Source: Desulfocapsa sulfexigens DSM 10523 (GTDB taxonomy: Bacteria; Desulfobacterota; Desulfobulbia; Desulfobulbales; Desulfocapsaceae). From it: a DNA stretch of 32,000 nt. This document shows, piece after piece, positions 28,419 to 32,000 of this stretch. Both the position numbers and the translations under genes were made by a program. Location of the stretch: contig NC_020304.1 of the NCBI RefSeq assembly GCF_000341395.1, positions 540,001 to 572,000 of the forward strand, given 5' to 3'. The number at the start of each line of letters is the position of its first letter. Within the stretch, counting starts at the first letter, position 1. The notes beneath the pieces were generated by a model, which did no database searches, was not told where the DNA came from, and saw nothing but the letters and a program-made list of their open reading frames with translations.

Positions 28419-28729
28419 CAGATAATAACACAACTAACACTCAAGAACCCACAATTCAGGCCATGGTCTGGTACAAAGAAGAAGACTGGGAGACACTTAT
28501 CAAGCTCTTCAGTGATAGCCACCTCCTCCCCAAAAGCTACGGTGACTGGCTCGCAAGAGCGGAGGAGATGGTCAAAACAGTTGAAGGAAACGGTGATATG
28601 GTAATAAAGGTCTTTATCGACCCGGAAACATTTCCTGCCTGGTGCAAAGAAAAGAACAGAGAAATGGATTCAAAGGCAAGAGCTGATCTCGCTATCGAAG
28701 TGGCAACTGAGCAAAGCCTTGCCCTGTAA
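28415..28729 (+). CDS. Conserved-looking small hypothetical protein (104 aa)
   Basis: ORF with ordinary composition; 'YGDWLARAEEMVKTVEGNGDMVIKVFIDPETFPAWCKEKNREMDSKARADLA'. Confidence 0.65.
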   Translation: MTDNNTTNTQEPTIQAMVWYKEEDWETLIKLFSDSHLLPKSYGDWLARAEEMVKTVEGNGDMVIKVFIDPETFPAWCKEKNREMDSKARADLAIEVATEQSLAL

Positions 28730-28820
28730 AGCTGAGGGATGGTGGGAATTTGCCCTGCAAATCTCCTAGATTTTTCCCTGTTCAGCAAGAATAGCATATA
28801 CCACGTAATACTTATAAATA

Positions 28821-29390
28821 TTAATCACATACTGAACGGTTTCCTTTGTTCAGCTTTAAGATACTTTCATAGTAGCTGCTGGATTCACGGACATATAGCT
28901 CCATCCCGGCAAGATCATGGCTGTTTTCTAGCTCTGGTATACCTTTCCTTGTTACAACCACTTCTCTTACATTCGTAGCAAAGGGTGCAGAAAAATCCAC
29001 TGTTCGCAGCCGTTCATCGGTAATTGTAAGGTTCCCTACAGCGATATCTCCAAGACCTTCGTTGAGTCGGGACAACAGGAGATGACGTTCGGTTGGGACG
29101 ATGATAGTATGAATTTTTAAGTATTTTGTTCCCTGCTGCCTATTGATGTACTTCTCGAAGAGTTTTACAGCATCATACGACAAACCTTTTTCAGTTGCAC
29201 CATCGAGGAAATAAAAGGTTTTGCTATATGGAATGAGTACACGAATCACCCGTCTCTTCACCATCTCATCATAATCACCTTTCCACGCCTTGACCTTTAC
29301 CAGGTCATCCGTTGCCGTAATAGCCCATCCAGACGACGCAATTGCAGAACCAATAAGGACACAACAACAGCAACACAAGACCTTGACCAA
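28821..29390 (-). pseudogene. Periplasmic solute-binding domain of an MltF-like lytic transglycosylase, truncated at the C-terminus
   Basis: Signal peptide; 'RRVIRVLIPYSKTFYFLDGATEKGLSYDAVKLFEKYIN...IIVPTERHLLLSRLNEGLGDIAVGNLTITDERLRTVDFSAPF...REVVVTRKG'; ends after 189 aa without a complete SBP domain or a transglycosylase domain. Confidence 0.6.
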
Positions 29391-29486
29391 TCAGCCAGGC
29401 AACCATTTTTTTTATCACACTCCCTCCCAAAACAAAAAACGCCCAGACAGTTTCCTGCCTGGGCGCTATCATTGATCAAAAAACAA

Positions 29487-29933
29487 TCAGCAGGCCTGGA
29501 CGGCCTTCCGCCAGCCGTCATCTTTGAGGCGCTGGATTCTTTCAACAGCCCAGGTGTTGATCGCGGTGAGATACTCCTTGGGATCACTATCTTTCATGGC
29601 AATGATCTTATTCCGCTCCTCGGTGATATCCGCAGTCTCTCCGGGATACATCTCACGCCAGGTTGCATAGCCTTCATCAAAAATAAACTCAGGATTGACA
29701 TGAGCTGGATCCATACTCAGTTTGGCAATGGCAAACATACGAACCAGATCCATATCATATTCAATAACCCAATTATTATCACTTACCATTGTCTCTCTGT
29801 CAAACTTCTGATCCACTGAACAGCTTGGGCAAAACAAGCGATCGATTACCTCCTGTCCCATTACGTTATCACGCAGATGAAATGTGGCATCCTTTTTTCC
29901 GCAGTTACATGTTTTTCTTACTTCCTGGCACAT
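29487..29933 (-). CDS. Hypothetical protein with zinc-ribbon-like Cys motifs (148 aa)
   Basis: 'VRKTCNCGKKDATFHLRDNVMGQEVIDRLFCPSC'. Confidence 0.72.
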   Translation of the reverse strand: MCQEVRKTCNCGKKDATFHLRDNVMGQEVIDRLFCPSCSVDQKFDRETMVSDNNWVIEYDMDLVRMFAIAKLSMDPAHVNPEFIFDEGYATWREMYPGETADITEERNKIIAMKDSDPKEYLTAINTWAVERIQRLKDDGWRKAVQAC

Positions 29934-30141
29934 AATTCGTCTCCATATTCTTGACTATTGAGATTCAGGAGTCTTCCTGAGAAATGTTTGTACCCAATAC
30001 TATGCACAATTTAAAACGACTTGTAAAGGATAATAATAACTGTTCTCCCTTTGCCTAGGATTGCATACACTGCTGTGATTTATTTGGGGCAGCCGACAAA
30101 ATCGGCTGAAGGTTTTACCCAGGCTATTCTGTTTAATAATA

Positions 30142-31581
30142 TTACGCAGGATCAGTATAAAGATCAGCATCATTCCTGATCGAAGCTGGAATAGATTTCT
30201 TAACCTTTACTCCCATCTGAGGAAAATTTTCTACCCTGGAAATCAGATTACCACGCCCCCGACTTAACCGGGTCATGGCACTGTCATAACTACTCTGGAG
30301 AGCATGCATCTGTTTTCCAATACGCTCCATATCTTCTGTAAATGAGCAGAATTTGTCATAGAGAGCTGCTGCCCGTTCAGCAATTTCTCTGGCATTCCTG
30401 CTTTGCTTTTCATAATGCCAGATACTTTCGATTGTCCGAAGAGTGGTAAGCAATGTTGTGGGGCTGACAAGAATCACTTTTCGACTCATCGCCTCGGAAA
30501 ACAGCGTTTCATCAGCTTTAAAAGCTGCGAGAAAAGCAGCTTCAATCGGCATGAACATCAAGACAAAATCAAGGGTCTGAATTTCTGCAAGTGACCCGTA
30601 ATCTTTTTCTCCCAAAATCTTTACGTGCTCCTTTATGGCCTTCACATGATGACGAAGAAAAGTATCCTGTTCCTGCTCTTTATCGCTGTTAACATATTTT
30701 TCCCAGGAGACCAGGGATACTTTAGAATCGATTATAATATCACGGCCATCTGGTAGGCGAACAATAACATCCGGCCTCTGAAACCGATTGGCTTCATCCC
30801 GGAACACTGCCTGGGTTTCATACTCAATTCCCTTACGCAGGGCAGATTGTTCAAGAACCCTTTCCAGGACAATTTCACCCCATGTTCCCTGAACCTGTTT
30901 ATTGCCCTTAAGAGCTTTGGTGAGGTTGTTAGCCTCATCACTCATCCGCTGGTTCAGGTTTCTCAGGGAGGTGATTTCGCGCTGTAAAGCTGCCCTGTCC
31001 CTGGTTTCATCGTGATGAACAGCATCTGCTTTTTGACGAAAAGACTTTAACTGTTCGTGAAAAGGGGACAGTAAGCCAGAGATCTTTTCCTGAGTCTCTC
31101 GTGAAAAATGAGCACTTTTCTCCTCCAGAATAGAGGCTGCAAGCTCGGAAAACTGCAAACGTAACTGTTCTCTGGCTCCGTCCAGGAGGTTTAACCTTTC
31201 TTCCGCATGGAGTTGTTCTTGCTCAATCCGTGTCTGCAGTCTGGCATTTTCACTGCGCTGCTTCGCTTCTTTCTCTTGCAATTCACTAATAATGCTTTGC
31301 TTGTGTCTCTTCTCCTCGATTAGCTGTTCACATTGGTGGCGAACATTCTCACACACCAGATCACTTGCTGCAATCCGATTCTCCGTTGCCTGTTTCTCGA
31401 ATTCGGCAATAAGCTGCTGCCTGCTGAGAAACCGTTCCTTTTGCTTCTGAAAAACGAGCCACAGAATAAAGGCAGTTGGCAGGAGGCCGCACAGAAAACT
31501 CCAGCTTCCAACGGCTAAGAGCTGAGTGAACTGGGATTGTTGCTGAAACCAGAGGACCAATTGGTCAAACGGGGAGATCAT
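30142..31581 (-). CDS. rmuC: DNA recombination protein RmuC
   Basis: N-terminal TM and coiled coil; 'LRNLNQRMSDEANNLTKALKGNKQVQGTWGEIVLERVLEQSALRKGIEY', 'RPDVIVRLPDGRDIIIDSKVSLVSWEKYVN', 'FVLMFMPIEAAFLAAF'. Confidence 0.95.
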   Translation of the reverse strand: MISPFDQLVLWFQQQSQFTQLLAVGSWSFLCGLLPTAFILWLVFQKQKERFLSRQQLIAEFEKQATENRIAASDLVCENVRHQCEQLIEEKRHKQSIISELQEKEAKQRSENARLQTRIEQEQLHAEERLNLLDGAREQLRLQFSELAASILEEKSAHFSRETQEKISGLLSPFHEQLKSFRQKADAVHHDETRDRAALQREITSLRNLNQRMSDEANNLTKALKGNKQVQGTWGEIVLERVLEQSALRKGIEYETQAVFRDEANRFQRPDVIVRLPDGRDIIIDSKVSLVSWEKYVNSDKEQEQDTFLRHHVKAIKEHVKILGEKDYGSLAEIQTLDFVLMFMPIEAAFLAAFKADETLFSEAMSRKVILVSPTTLLTTLRTIESIWHYEKQSRNAREIAERAAALYDKFCSFTEDMERIGKQMHALQSSYDSAMTRLSRGRGNLISRVENFPQMGVKVKKSIPASIRNDADLYTDPA

Positions 31582-31661
31582 GGATACTGACTCCCTTTTT
31601 ACGAATAGAACAGCTCTTGAACAAGAGCCAGGAGGTTGGTTTTCAGGAAATTCATGTTTTT

Positions 31662-32000
31662 CTAGTCATTAATTTCAAGGGGTACTATCCTTATAGTTGC
31701 CCTGTCAGCCTTTACTTCTTCCGGTTGCAATTCCCCAGTTGCAATTTTACTTTCTGTATCTTCAGTCGCCTCGGCAAATTTTCCGCCCTGGACTACAGGA
31801 TTCTGATCCTTTGGAGGTCCCCCAAGGAATACCGGACCACCCAGATAATAGAAAGCAACACCAACCCCAAGCGCTATAACAGCTGCAACAGGGATCAGTC
31901 CTCGCCACAGTTTTTTCCGGAGCCTTTGCTCTTTTTCTCCAGTATTGCCCCTCAGTACTTCCCGCCCCGCCTCCTCAACAATCCCGGCGGTAACAAGATA
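31662..32000 (-). CDS. C-terminal part of a hypothetical membrane-anchored protein, runs off the window
   Basis: Open reading frame from the window edge to TAG: ...VTAGIVEEAGREVLRGNTGEKEQRLRKKLWRGLIPVAAVIALGVGVAFYYLGG...EVKADRATIRIVPLEIND*. Confidence 0.6.
   Translation of the reverse strand, partial: YLVTAGIVEEAGREVLRGNTGEKEQRLRKKLWRGLIPVAAVIALGVGVAFYYLGGPVFLGGPPKDQNPVVQGGKFAEATEDTESKIATGELQPEEVKADRATIRIVPLEIND

Overview
32 kb bacterial chromosomal window. The gene set suggests a Desulfobulbaceae-like sulfate reducer; that taxonomic guess is inference only. Ordinary core blocks are: a SNF2-type helicase; a fused uroporphyrinogen-III methyltransferase/synthase; a deoxyhypusine-synthase-like protein; SIS/GmhA isomerase; adenylate kinase; homoserine dehydrogenase; an ApgM-like phosphomutase; a thioesterase; initiator tRNA-Met; a dienelactone-hydrolase-like protein; an FrhB-like protein; a surface-glycan cluster (polysaccharide pyruvyl transferase, epimerase, PHP-like protein, glycosyltransferase 4); and rmuC. 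The most interesting region is about 12.05-16.94 kb, directly downstream of tRNA-fMet. It reads as an integron cassette array without an integrase in the window (CALIN-like). Five long attC-like sites (121-127 bp) delimit five cassettes transcribed on the minus strand. For every cassette, the start sequence (TTNNNN) is the exact complement of the R'' box at its own distal attC, which is the expected signature of a cassette that once circularised. The cassettes carry unknown genes, including an unusually large (about 2.3 kb) two-gene cassette encoding a class I SAM methyltransferase translationally coupled (TAATG) to a 412-aa protein of unknown function. This is a candidate uncharacterised two-component (possibly defence) module, but its function cannot be established from sequence alone. 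A truncated DDE transposase flanks the array on the right.
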